Part shown: positions 17,917-27,605 of the stretch, piece by piece
Layout: each line of letters opens with the position of its first letter
Position numbering within the stretch: the first letter of the stretch is position 1
Assembly (NCBI GenBank): GCA_029856125.1
Contig: JAHQWJ010000090.1
Span: 1 to 29,353, forward strand
Source of the DNA: Promethearchaeia archaeon
Lineage (GTDB): Archaea > Asgardarchaeota > Lokiarchaeia > Sigyniarchaeales > SOKP01
Length of the DNA: 29,353 nucleotides
Direction: 5' to 3'
Notes under the pieces: generated by a model
Seen by the model: only the letters and a program-made list of their open reading frames with translations
Told to the model about the DNA's origin: nothing
Databases searched by the model: none
Position numbers and translations under genes: made by a program

Positions 17917-20133
17917 TTATTTCACCTCCAATTGAAAATTGTCATCCAATTTCCAAAATTCCCTAAACTCTTTACCCCATTTAGTAGATAAACTTAAACT
18001 CTCTGAATACATAGTTGATACCGATTCATAAAAATCTCCTTTTAATATTCTATCTCGTTCTTTTTTCCAAAATTCTTCAAATGATAAGGATTCATTCTTT
18101 CTCTCCTCTATAATCTTTTTTCTTTGTATTCCTGTAGCTTCGTTATCTATCTCCCATTCATTTTTATCGTCATCAAAGTTAGCGACCACACCATAAACAT
18201 TTTTTACGATATCCGAGGTATATAATCCCTCGTCGAGGTCTTTTTTAACACTTTCTAATTTACGTTCAATCGGATCTCCATAACCTGGCCCTCCGCTCTC
18301 GGAAAAATGAATCACATCGTAGTTTTCGAGCGCGATTGGATAGATTGTGCCTATTGGTATTCTTGTAATATCAGCTTTTAGATATCTCTCAAATTCGCCG
18401 TTACTTGGATCAGGATCCCCCAATGGATAATTTTGTTGTTGTCGGAAAATTTCTTCCAAATTTGTATTTTTTGCAATTAATCGATAACTCGTAGCATTAG
18501 GATATCCCCCGTGCATTCCGCCGGATCCATGAAAGACTAAACCTTCCCTGCCGGCGAAAAATTCTACCTTTTCAGAATTGGCTATGAAGGCAACACCCTC
18601 ATAATTAGCTCCACCACGGTATTTACCATGACCTGGAGTATTTGGTTTCACTTTTCGGGATAAATAAGGAATACCTCCTTGGAATAACTCCCATGTTTCA
18701 ACATCTCCTAAATCTGCTTCAGGATTCCACATGGCATAACCCCAGTTAAGACCATCTCTAACGGCACTTGCTCCTAATCCTTGACCAGATATTTCGAATG
18801 TTGACAACATCCATCTTTCACCTTTCAATGGTCCGGCGGAATAGGTACCACCACCTTGAATGGAGTCTCCAGTAAATCCGTAACCAGGCACGACTTCTTC
18901 TCGAAAACCTCTCGAAAACAACCCGTAGGACATACACTTCATCATAGTTGTATAGGCAGGTATTAAATTACCCCATGGGGCTTGATAAGAAAGGTATGGA
19001 TCTCCAGGATTTGCCCATGAACCCAATGGGTAGTATTTTTCTACGGCGTAATAAGCTCCATCATTAACTTTATCGCCATAAATCAAAATTTGAGTTAACA
19101 GCACCCATTGTCCACCTTCCATTGCTCCCTTGTCGCAATTAAACGCGTTAGCTCCTGCTGCACTAGCTCCATCAAATGAAATAGATAAACAACCATCTTC
19201 CTTTACTATCATTTCCATTGGGTGATTGGACAGTTTATCAACTCTTGCGATGGGTACCCAAGCCTGATCTTTCATAGGAAGATCCATAAAGGAAGCAGCC
19301 CGGTATCTTCCAGGAATTAGGCGCTCTTTTACTCTTTCAAGAACTATTCTTCTCCCTTCTTCAATTGCTTCCCGCATAAATTTCTTGTAAAATTCAATTC
19401 CTTCTCTTTTTATGAACTCGTAAACAGCGTCTCTTATCATTAAATTTCCTGCTAATCGACATTTTTCGTCTAATTCCCAATACATTGGGCTCCGAACCGA
19501 TTTTTTGGCACTAATCATGTGATCACGCCAAATTTTATCGTTAGAGCCAATTTTTCTACATGTATAATATACTCCGTCGTCAAATCGTTGTATTGAAGAA
19601 ACTAAAGTATGACCTGGTGTAATACCCCCAATATCTATTTGATGAGTGACTCCACCAGCCCAACCAATTAATTCTTTTTCCCAAAATATTGGAATTAGAG
19701 TTTGGACATCAGTAGTATGGACATTTCCACATTGTGGATCGTTGTTTAGGAAAATATCTCCTTGATTAATCGTTGGATCTTCCTCATATCCTTCTCTAAT
19801 CATGAACTTAATTCCTTCGCTCATTGTATGAACATGCACCAAAATACCAGTAGAAACTACTATTGAATCACCTTCAGGAGTATATAATGCGAAGCAAAGT
19901 TCACCAATTTCAGTAACTATTGGGGATGCTGCGACATGTAAGGCCGTTTCCCTTGCTGAAACTAGCGCACCTCTTAAACTTGCGTAAGCCTTCTCGTACC
20001 TGAAAGGATCTTCTTCCTTTAAACTGAGCCTTTCAATTCCATGATATTTCTTGCTGTCTTCTAACAGCTTCTCGCTGTCTTCTAACATTTCTTTAACTGT
20101 TTTTCCATCCCATCCAATTGGTTTAATAGACAA
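17917..20133 (-). CDS. acxB: Acetone carboxylase alpha subunit-like (hydantoinase B/oxoprolinase family)
   Basis: ARETA..AASPIV.E.GELCF.LY...GDS...STGI, NND...GNVH..D, GVTH.ID.G, WNPE.D.GD.E.WE, G.GKYRGG and GGPG.GDP. TTG start. Confidence 0.88.
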   Translation of the reverse strand: MSIKPIGWDGKTVKEMLEDSEKLLEDSKKYHGIERLSLKEEDPFRYEKAYASLRGALVSARETALHVAASPIVTEIGELCFALYTPEGDSIVVSTGILVHVHTMSEGIKFMIREGYEEDPTINQGDIFLNNDPQCGNVHTTDVQTLIPIFWEKELIGWAGGVTHQIDIGGITPGHTLVSSIQRFDDGVYYTCRKIGSNDKIWRDHMISAKKSVRSPMYWELDEKCRLAGNLMIRDAVYEFIKREGIEFYKKFMREAIEEGRRIVLERVKERLIPGRYRAASFMDLPMKDQAWVPIARVDKLSNHPMEMIVKEDGCLSISFDGASAAGANAFNCDKGAMEGGQWVLLTQILIYGDKVNDGAYYAVEKYYPLGSWANPGDPYLSYQAPWGNLIPAYTTMMKCMSYGLFSRGFREEVVPGYGFTGDSIQGGGTYSAGPLKGERWMLSTFEISGQGLGASAVRDGLNWGYAMWNPEADLGDVETWELFQGGIPYLSRKVKPNTPGHGKYRGGANYEGVAFIANSEKVEFFAGREGLVFHGSGGMHGGYPNATSYRLIAKNTNLEEIFRQQQNYPLGDPDPSNGEFERYLKADITRIPIGTIYPIALENYDVIHFSESGGPGYGDPIERKLESVKKDLDEGLYTSDIVKNVYGVVANFDDDKNEWEIDNEATGIQRKKIIEERKNESLSFEEFWKKERDRILKGDFYESVSTMYSESLSLSTKWGKEFREFWKLDDNFQLEVK

Positions 20134-20136
20134 TTT

Positions 20137-22323
20137 TTATCGCACCTCCATGTGAAATATCCTGTGCTTATCTAATTTTACTCGATAATTCGGTGGAACT
20201 ACTAAAGTAGTTGCGGGAGCCTCTATTACAGCCGGACCGTTGACAACATTTCCTGCATCGAGCAATTTCATTTCCCATATTGAAGCATTATACCATTTTT
20301 TATCCCAATACATTTCTCTTAATCCTTTTGACGCATCGTCATTGGGTTTTTCACTGCTTAGCTCAAGCATAGGTAACTCCGGTTTTGGTACGGGGACAAC
20401 ACCAGTCCCTATAGCCTTAGTAATGTGATATCCAAGTTCAGGACTCTTTGTTCCTCTCCTAAATATCATTTCGAAAAGATCGTCATATCTACGAAGAAGA
20501 TCGTTTAATTCTACAGAATCAAAGCGATCCAATTCTTCAGAATACTCAATTGTTAATTCCTCATAGGGAGAGTGTACTTCTAAGTCATCTAACATACCAT
20601 AATATTGCAGCTTAAGAGATGGTCTAAACTCCATCTCATTTGGATCTCTACCTTCTTTTTCAAATTCATTCATAATTTTAATTTTTAAATCTCTCCATGT
20701 GGAAGTTATCATTGATGCTACAAATGAGGTCATATTTCTATCAGGATCAATAAGCAAATCAACGGATATTTCGTGCCTGTAAGAGTGATCTGCACAAGCA
20801 CATCCGTAAGCTGAAAACGCAGCAGCCCACTCAGGTATCATAATATTTTGAAAGGACAACCCTTTAGAATATCCTGCTACATGAAGTGGCCCACCACCAC
20901 CAAACGAGATGAGAGTATAATTCTCTGGGCGATATCCAAGTCCTTGGATCATTCCATTAAGGTGGTTTTTCATATTGATTTCAATCAAATCTAAAGCTCC
21001 CCTTGCTGCTTCGTATGGATCCGCATTGAAGGGTTTAGCAATCTGATCTTCAATATAATTATAAGCCCTTTTTTTGTTAAGTGGGACTTTACCACCAAGA
21101 AAGTAATCTGGATTAAGATACCCTAATATTACACTACAATCAGTCATTGTTACGGTTTCTACTCCAGACTGTTCATTACAAACTCCAATTTTATATCCTG
21201 CACTTTCAGGTCCGAATTCTAGTCGGCTTGATATATCATTATATCGTACATACATTCCAGTTCCAGCACCGATAGAGTCCAATGCAATCATTGGGATGTT
21301 TAAGATAAATCCTCCAAGTGAACTTTCCCACTTAGTAGGAACATATTTTTCCATTGTTAAGCCCACATCAAAAGACGTGCCGCCAACATCTGAAGATACT
21401 AAGTTTTGAATCCCATATTTCTCAGCTATGAATTTGCTTCCTATCATACCACCAATAGGACCTGAAACCATAGTTGGAATGAGTGATTTAGCGTAAGGAG
21501 ACATCGTTCCTCCATAAGATGTTAATATTCTTAGAGGGGCTGGTACTCCTCTGTCTTTAAGTTTTTTAGCAATTGCAATAAGTTGTTCCCTTGATGGTTC
21601 TGCAGCATACTGTTCGATTAGAAGGGCATTCAATCTAGGTGTTTCACCTCTTACGGGGTTATGCTCAGAAGAAAGAATTATAGGTATCTCCTTGCCATAT
21701 TCCTTCATAACTTGTTTGGCTATTCTTTCAACTTCCATTTCGTGTCTTGAATTCATATAAGAACAGAGTAAACATACACATATGCAATCGACATTCATAT
21801 CTAGTAATTGGTTTACGACTTCTACTACATCCTTTTCGTATAAAGGTATTAGTTCATCTCCCCAAAAATTAATTCTTCCGCGTACGCCTTTAAACTGATT
21901 TCTATGAATCAAAGGTTGAGGATGTTCGTGTTCTCTGGCATGCAGCCGGCCTGCATAATCAAGCCACATCCAGCATTGTAAAGCTCTCCCCAATCGATGG
22001 AGATCCTCAAACCCAGCATTAACAATAACGCCGATATTGTCATTTCCTTCCCTTTCTAAAAGCCGATTTAGCATAGCTGTGCCCGAATATACTAAAGCTT
22101 CCACACCGGCACCAGTTTCTTCTAATGATTTATCCCATTCACTTAAGGAATCTGATATTGAATTTAATATACCAACATATTCTTCTTTTCCAGTTGTTAA
22201 AGCCTTTCCAACTGCAAAACTACCTTTCTCATCAATAATAAACGAGTCTGTCATTGTACCTCCAGTATCCAACGCTATAGCTTTTAACAGATGTTGCTTA
22301 CTATCATTGTTTGGTTTTACCAT
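20137..22323 (-). CDS. acxA: Acetone carboxylase beta subunit-like (hydantoinase A family, ATP-binding)
   Basis: DTGGTMTD, YSGTAMLNR, YAAEPSR, SGPIGG, DVGGTSFD, GPESAG, FGGGGPLH, WAAAFSAYG and GPAVIE motifs. Confidence 0.9.
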   Translation of the reverse strand: MVKPNNDSKQHLLKAIALDTGGTMTDSFIIDEKGSFAVGKALTTGKEEYVGILNSISDSLSEWDKSLEETGAGVEALVYSGTAMLNRLLEREGNDNIGVIVNAGFEDLHRLGRALQCWMWLDYAGRLHAREHEHPQPLIHRNQFKGVRGRINFWGDELIPLYEKDVVEVVNQLLDMNVDCICVCLLCSYMNSRHEMEVERIAKQVMKEYGKEIPIILSSEHNPVRGETPRLNALLIEQYAAEPSREQLIAIAKKLKDRGVPAPLRILTSYGGTMSPYAKSLIPTMVSGPIGGMIGSKFIAEKYGIQNLVSSDVGGTSFDVGLTMEKYVPTKWESSLGGFILNIPMIALDSIGAGTGMYVRYNDISSRLEFGPESAGYKIGVCNEQSGVETVTMTDCSVILGYLNPDYFLGGKVPLNKKRAYNYIEDQIAKPFNADPYEAARGALDLIEINMKNHLNGMIQGLGYRPENYTLISFGGGGPLHVAGYSKGLSFQNIMIPEWAAAFSAYGCACADHSYRHEISVDLLIDPDRNMTSFVASMITSTWRDLKIKIMNEFEKEGRDPNEMEFRPSLKLQYYGMLDDLEVHSPYEELTIEYSEELDRFDSVELNDLLRRYDDLFEMIFRRGTKSPELGYHITKAIGTGVVPVPKPELPMLELSSEKPNDDASKGLREMYWDKKWYNASIWEMKLLDAGNVVNGPAVIEAPATTLVVPPNYRVKLDKHRIFHMEVR

Positions 22324-22465
22324 ATTCGTTCGCCTAGAATGTTTTTCACATTAATATTTCATAATTAGATTTAATGCTATATATAACTGAAGATTATTTA
22401 AATAAAATCCAAATTTATCTTTTAATTATAGCTACATAGCATTTATTATAATTAGAAGATCAGTT

Positions 22466-24370
22466 CTAAAAATATGTCTCTAAAGCTAATGCTTTAATTT
22501 TATTTATTGTGGGGTAGCTACTTTGTTTATCCCAACCTCGTTCGTCGTAATAATCATCCAATAATTTATTGGCAATATCTTGAGTAATAATTACTTCTCC
22601 GTAAAAATCTTGTAATTTAAGTACATTTTCTCCAATTTTTAATGGTTTAAACCATCCATTAGGGAATTTATCGTCCTTTCGAGAAAAACCTTCTTTTAAA
22701 TTCATTAACTTCATTAAATTCCAAGAACGTTCAGCTGATAATCTTAATTCTTCTTGATGTAAATTGAACCCAGTAATTAAATTGTATAAATCGGTTACTA
22801 ATTCTAAACTAAAGAATCGATTCATTTGAGCTCTAGCGCACAATCCTAGAGATGTTAGAACGGTGTACCAATCTTCAGAATATCTCGTTAGTCGTCCAAC
22901 ATTTACGCCCATTTCTTTTTTGGGTGGATTAAAAATTCTAGGGAATGCGGTTTCGGGAATGCCCATCCTATTAAAATGGCTTTTCATTTTATCAGGAGTT
23001 CCCCCAGCACCGACATAAGTTGGTGATCCACCTGAAGCTACATGAGCGCCTTTGGGATTTACTACTTGTTCAAATTCCATTGTTCCTAATCGCAAAAACC
23101 TAGGTTCGAATATAATATCTAAACCTTTCACCGTAAGCATTTCGTTTGAAAATGTTTTATTTTCCGCAGCCAATTTTTTCCACCCATCTGCTAATAAATC
23201 CCCGAATCCTTCTCTTTTTGCTGTTATCTCAATTAAATGATTAAAAGTCTTATAATCTCGTTTCCACTCGAAACCTAGTTTTTCATTAGTAAGAATATCC
23301 CGTTCATTCATTTTACTTATAAATTCGAATAATGCGGTCATAGTTAATGAATCCAATCCATATCTACTAATTGAATCAAAAATCTTTATCGCTTGGTCGT
23401 ATGTGTCTATTCCATCAACGGTAAAAATCAATAAGGGGTTGATTATTGAGGATGTGTAATTAATCAAATTGCTAAATTCTCCTTCACATATTTCAAGGAT
23501 ATCTTTATCAGCCATAGGACAAGATGGACAAGCAATACGTCTTTTTTTCATTTTTTTTAAGTACATCCTATCGCTACATTGACGAGCTTTTTTCTTTTGA
23601 CCTTTTGCGTTTAAGAACATGCCAACGGGTAAACTTCTTAACATCCCCAATTCAATCCACGAATCTCTATGAGGATATTTACGAATACGCTCAATTAAAC
23701 CTTTATACAAATTATTAAACTTTTTTGGTTCTGCAATTGGAATTCCTTTTGTTCCTTGAGTCAAAATAGCTTTAAGGTTTTTCGACCCCATAATTGCTCC
23801 AAGACCACCACGCCCTAAAGTTGAGGTTTTATCTATTAGCGCCATTGAAGATTTAACAAGATTTTCTCCCGCTTGTCCAATAGCAATTACTCCACTTGAA
23901 CCATGTTTCCTCTTTAAAAAATGAGTCGTTTCAACAATATCTTTACCCCATATTCCCTTAGCTTTACATAATTCTACATGATCGTCAAATATATGTAAAT
24001 ATATTGGGTTTTCTGATTTTCCAGTTATAATTATATGATCGTATCCCGCTTGCTTCAAGTTAAACGCAAAACTCATACTTCCGCAAGAATTAGCAACGGC
24101 TCCGGTCGCCGGAAATTTTGAAATTGCAACAGTTCGAGAAGAACCTGGTACAATAGTTCCTACTAAGGGGCCAGTTCCAAATATTATTAAATTTTTTGAT
24201 GAAAATGGATCCGTTAACGGTTTGAATCGATCAGCAAAAAGTTTAAGGTTCATCCCGAACCCGCCAGTGAACCTTTTAAGGTCTCTGACATCTTCGTTAA
24301 TAATTGACACTCTATTTTCCGTTAAATCTATGTCAAGTATATTTCCAGTGTAACCAAACCAATCCGTCAT
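22466..24370 (-). CDS. Aldehyde:ferredoxin oxidoreductase (tungstopterin AOR) family protein with atypical active-site motifs
   Basis: GY.G.IL.IDL, GG.G, TGPL.G, LKQAGYD.III.GK, IG.AGENLV, GRGGLGA.MGSKNLKA, GLD, SLGLC and YY..RGWD are present. The Fe-S motif reads CPSCPMAD and the EYE motif is absent. Confidence 0.9.
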   Translation of the reverse strand: MTDWFGYTGNILDIDLTENRVSIINEDVRDLKRFTGGFGMNLKLFADRFKPLTDPFSSKNLIIFGTGPLVGTIVPGSSRTVAISKFPATGAVANSCGSMSFAFNLKQAGYDHIIITGKSENPIYLHIFDDHVELCKAKGIWGKDIVETTHFLKRKHGSSGVIAIGQAGENLVKSSMALIDKTSTLGRGGLGAIMGSKNLKAILTQGTKGIPIAEPKKFNNLYKGLIERIRKYPHRDSWIELGMLRSLPVGMFLNAKGQKKKARQCSDRMYLKKMKKRRIACPSCPMADKDILEICEGEFSNLINYTSSIINPLLIFTVDGIDTYDQAIKIFDSISRYGLDSLTMTALFEFISKMNERDILTNEKLGFEWKRDYKTFNHLIEITAKREGFGDLLADGWKKLAAENKTFSNEMLTVKGLDIIFEPRFLRLGTMEFEQVVNPKGAHVASGGSPTYVGAGGTPDKMKSHFNRMGIPETAFPRIFNPPKKEMGVNVGRLTRYSEDWYTVLTSLGLCARAQMNRFFSLELVTDLYNLITGFNLHQEELRLSAERSWNLMKLMNLKEGFSRKDDKFPNGWFKPLKIGENVLKLQDFYGEVIITQDIANKLLDDYYDERGWDKQSSYPTINKIKALALETYF

Positions 24371-24612
24371 TTCTCACCCTCCTTGAGTTCTAAAGCTCCA
24401 TACAGACAATAATTTGCACATTGTCCGCAGTAAGTACATCCATCCAAGAATGAGATTTTTGGGATCAATTCGTAGACGTCAACAATTTGAATAAAAGCTT
24501 CAGTAGGGGAATATTTGTTCTTATATATGGAAGAACAGATTAATTGACAGATTCTACATCCAGTACATTTTTCCACATGTATAATTATCTCATTTAATTT
24601 AGATTTTACCAA
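24367..24612 (-). CDS. 2x[4Fe-4S] ferredoxin-like subunit coupled to the AOR-family gene
   Basis: CTGCRICQLIC and CTYCGQCANYC motifs; its stop overlaps the AOR start (ATGA at 24367-24370). Confidence 0.9.
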   Translation of the reverse strand: MVKSKLNEIIIHVEKCTGCRICQLICSSIYKNKYSPTEAFIQIVDVYELIPKISFLDGCTYCGQCANYCLYGALELKEGEK

Positions 24613-24735
24613 AATGAATCAAATCTTTAACATACTTTTGCTAACTTGTAAATGTTATTGGTGCACTTCTCTTAAAGTGTAATAATTTAAGTTTTTAATA
24701 TATATAGATTTTTAAGTATCAAGTTATAATAGAAA

Positions 24736-26274
24736 TTATATCCTTTCTATCATCATTCCACCAAGAATTATGGGACCACCAGTTGAATTATAAATTTTTT
24801 CAGCTTTTTTCATTCTATTCTGGCTGTCAGAATATATTTTAAAGATTAAGTCCCCTTCCTTGATTCTCGCTCCTTGTTTTTTAAAGATCTCAACACCTGA
24901 TTGTTTTGAATAGGGACAACCTGTAGCTTTCGCTATCTGATTAATAATAGCATTGTTTACACCAGTTATATGACCTGCTTTTGTGGCGAAAAATTCTTTA
25001 GAATGTGGCCCTAGTTTAATATCTCCAGGTTTTATTTCTGGGTTTCCACCTTGAACTTCAATTATTTTCTTCATTTTGTCGTAAGCTTTGCCTGAACGTA
25101 ATATTTCTTTTGCTAAATTTTGACCCATTCCTTTTTGAGCTTTCCCTCCCATTTCAAGCAGGATACCCGCTAAATCTGTTGATTTTTCAATAAGAGAATT
25201 TGGACCAGCAGTATAATCATTAAGTAAGGTTAAAGCCTCCCTAGCTTCTAATCCGGGTCCTATAGCATGACCTATAGGTTGATGAGCTAAAGTTAAAGCG
25301 CACTCTGCTTGAATCCCAACGTTTTGCGCAATCTCTTTAAATACATAAGCAAATTTTTTGCCCTTATCGGGGGTAGGAAATTTAGTTCCTTTTCCAACTG
25401 GTATGTCTAAAACGAGTTTTTTTACTCCAAGAGATAATTTTTTAGTGATTATTGAAGGAATCATAAGTCCTATAGGATCCATATGTAATGGACGCTCGAT
25501 TTCGATCAAAATATTGTCTGCTGGAGAAGTATTTAGAGCACCACCCCAAATTATGCAAGCATTTTCCTTAGATATAATGCTTTTTAATACATCAGCCTCG
25601 AAGGTCACAGGAGCTAAAACTTCCATTGAATCGGCAGTACCAGAGGGTGAAGTAATGGCTCTTGTTGATGATTTTGGTATCGTTAAACCAGCAGCTGCAA
25701 CGATTGGAACTATAATGAGCGTAACTTTATTACCAGGGACTCCGCCAGTTGAATGCTTGTCATAAACTTCTGGACCAAAATCAAAGACTTCTCCACTTCT
25801 TGCTTCTGCATAAGTCAATGACGTCATCTCTTCGTTATCCATTCCATTTATCGAAACAGCTGTAATAAACGCTGCTAAATCTATTTTTGATAACGAACCA
25901 GAGACCGTATCTATAATAATTTCATTAATTTCCTCTGCGGAAAGCTTATTTCCCTTTATTTTCTTTTGTATAAACTTAAAAGAGTCGGGTGGGTCTGCTG
26001 GTTTCACGGAAATTATAGTATCATCTTGAAGATTCTTTTTTTCTTTAATAATATCCATAAAAATTCCGATTTCTCCAGGATTCACGAGAGAGTCGGAATA
26101 ATCAATTTGCAAAATCGCAATCCAATATCTCTCTTCTATATTTTTAGTTTCTAAATTCTTGATGGTGATACGGTCACCTGCTTTTTGACCCAATTTTACC
26201 GCATCTTCAATATTTAAAACTACATCTTTAGTATTTCCTGTCTCAAAGTTTATTGTTTTTACTTTTAGCTTCAT
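24736..26274 (-). CDS. deoA: AMP/NMP phosphorylase (thymidine phosphorylase family, archaeal type)
   Basis: DKHSTGGVPGNK, IPKSSTRAITSPSGTAD.MEVL, LDIPVGKG.K and QPIG.AIGP.LEAREAL, plus the N-terminal extension typical of AMP phosphorylases. Start probably MKLKVK at 26274. Confidence 0.92.
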   Translation of the reverse strand: MKLKVKTINFETGNTKDVVLNIEDAVKLGQKAGDRITIKNLETKNIEERYWIAILQIDYSDSLVNPGEIGIFMDIIKEKKNLQDDTIISVKPADPPDSFKFIQKKIKGNKLSAEEINEIIIDTVSGSLSKIDLAAFITAVSINGMDNEEMTSLTYAEARSGEVFDFGPEVYDKHSTGGVPGNKVTLIIVPIVAAAGLTIPKSSTRAITSPSGTADSMEVLAPVTFEADVLKSIISKENACIIWGGALNTSPADNILIEIERPLHMDPIGLMIPSIITKKLSLGVKKLVLDIPVGKGTKFPTPDKGKKFAYVFKEIAQNVGIQAECALTLAHQPIGHAIGPGLEAREALTLLNDYTAGPNSLIEKSTDLAGILLEMGGKAQKGMGQNLAKEILRSGKAYDKMKKIIEVQGGNPEIKPGDIKLGPHSKEFFATKAGHITGVNNAIINQIAKATGCPYSKQSGVEIFKKQGARIKEGDLIFKIYSDSQNRMKKAEKIYNSTGGPIILGGMMIERI

Positions 26275-26448
26275 AATGAACAAACATCGCTTGTTTAATT
26301 ATAAATTAGATATATTGGGTATATAACTTTAAGTAAAATTTCTTGATATGCTTGTATTTTGCTTTATTTACTCAGTTTAGTATTTTTCCATTTAATTTAT
26401 TTATATCCTTTAATAAAGTTAATTAAATACTATTATATGAGATTAATT

Positions 26449-27588
26449 ATGAATAGGTTTGAAAAAGCTCAAGAAGTCCTCCGTGAATTAGGTGGAGACG
26501 GTTGGTTAATAATATGCGTAGAGGATAGTGATATTAATTCCCGTTTCATGATAGGAGTTGAATCTCACGCTCGTCATTATATATATGTTGCGGCAGATGG
26601 AAATCACAAGATAATTGCAGTTAAAATGGAAGCCCCTATGATAGAACGCTCTTTAAAAAAGAAAAAAGTAAAAGCTGAAGTATTTTCGTACAAATCTATG
26701 AAAGAATTAGACGGTATTCTGAGTCCTATTGTTAATAAAACACGAGTGGCCTTAAACTTCGGAGAAAATGTTTTGAGTTCAGAGGGAACGGGATTTGCAG
26801 ATTTTATCAACGCTGGAGATTATTTCTCCATGAAAAAATTGGCCCCCCAAACAGAGTTTATATCAGCAGCGCCAATCATAGAAAACTTAAGAAGTGTTAA
26901 AACTCCGGATGAATTAGCAGATTTACGAAATGTATGTAAAGCCACTATAGAGATTCTAGAGACAATACCTGATTGGGTAAAAGTTGGTATGACAGAAAAA
27001 GACATAAAAGCGAAACTAGAATATGAGTATATGAAATTAGGACAGCCCTCATTTGGATCAATAGTTGCTACTGGAGCTCATTCGGCAGACCCTCACCATA
27101 ATACCTCTTTGAAGAAAATCGAGCAAGGGGTCTTGCTAATCGATACGGGGTTACAAATATATGAGATGAGTTCTGATATTACTAGGACTTTCTGGGTCGG
27201 TGCAAATCCTCCTGAAGATTTCATTAAAGCATATACTGCTCTTTACGAAGCGAAGAATGTTGCTACTGATTATTTTACTGATGGAACTCCAAAGAATTTA
27301 CCTGCTTTAAAATGTAGAGAACATCTAACTGCAAAAGGTTACGATCATGAAAAACTGTTTTTCCATGGGTTAGGGCATTCCCTTGGATTTGTAGCTCACG
27401 ATATTGGGATGAGTGTAAGCTGGAAAGTACCTGAAACTTATAAGTTTAAAGAAAATATGGTGTTTACCAACGAACCTGGTTTATATTGGAGAGATAAATG
27501 GGGGATTAGATTAGAAGATGATGTCATAATTGGTAAGGATAAATGTGAACAAGTTACCAAAGTATCAGAAATTCCGATTCTAATTTAA
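26449..27588 (+). CDS. M24 family Xaa-Pro aminopeptidase/prolidase
   Basis: PHH, IDTG...SDITRT, HGLGHSLG..AHD, NEPGLY and GIRLEDDV metal-binding motifs. Start likely ATG at 26449 (MNRFEKA) rather than TTG at 26359. Confidence 0.92.
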   Translation: MNRFEKAQEVLRELGGDGWLIICVEDSDINSRFMIGVESHARHYIYVAADGNHKIIAVKMEAPMIERSLKKKKVKAEVFSYKSMKELDGILSPIVNKTRVALNFGENVLSSEGTGFADFINAGDYFSMKKLAPQTEFISAAPIIENLRSVKTPDELADLRNVCKATIEILETIPDWVKVGMTEKDIKAKLEYEYMKLGQPSFGSIVATGAHSADPHHNTSLKKIEQGVLLIDTGLQIYEMSSDITRTFWVGANPPEDFIKAYTALYEAKNVATDYFTDGTPKNLPALKCREHLTAKGYDHEKLFFHGLGHSLGFVAHDIGMSVSWKVPETYKFKENMVFTNEPGLYWRDKWGIRLEDDVIIGKDKCEQVTKVSEIPILI

Positions 27589-27605
27589 AATGAAGTTGAA
27601 ATATT

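Noticed and set aside
20053-20087. 14-nt direct repeat GCTGTCTTCTAACA at 21-nt spacing
   Set aside because: It encodes a helical heptad repeat (LEDSEK/LEDSKK) within acxB, with no sign of a separate element.
22373-22443. 8-bp inverted repeat AATGCTAT...ATAGCATT upstream of acxA as an operator
   Set aside because: Short, widely spaced and in very AT-rich DNA; not distinguishable from chance.
6678-26274. RuBisCO plus AMP phosphorylase as a pentose-bisphosphate pathway cluster
   Set aside because: The RbcL homolog lacks K177, R295 and H327 equivalents, so it is form IV. It lies about 17 kb from the phosphorylase, and no ribose-1,5-bisphosphate isomerase is in the window.
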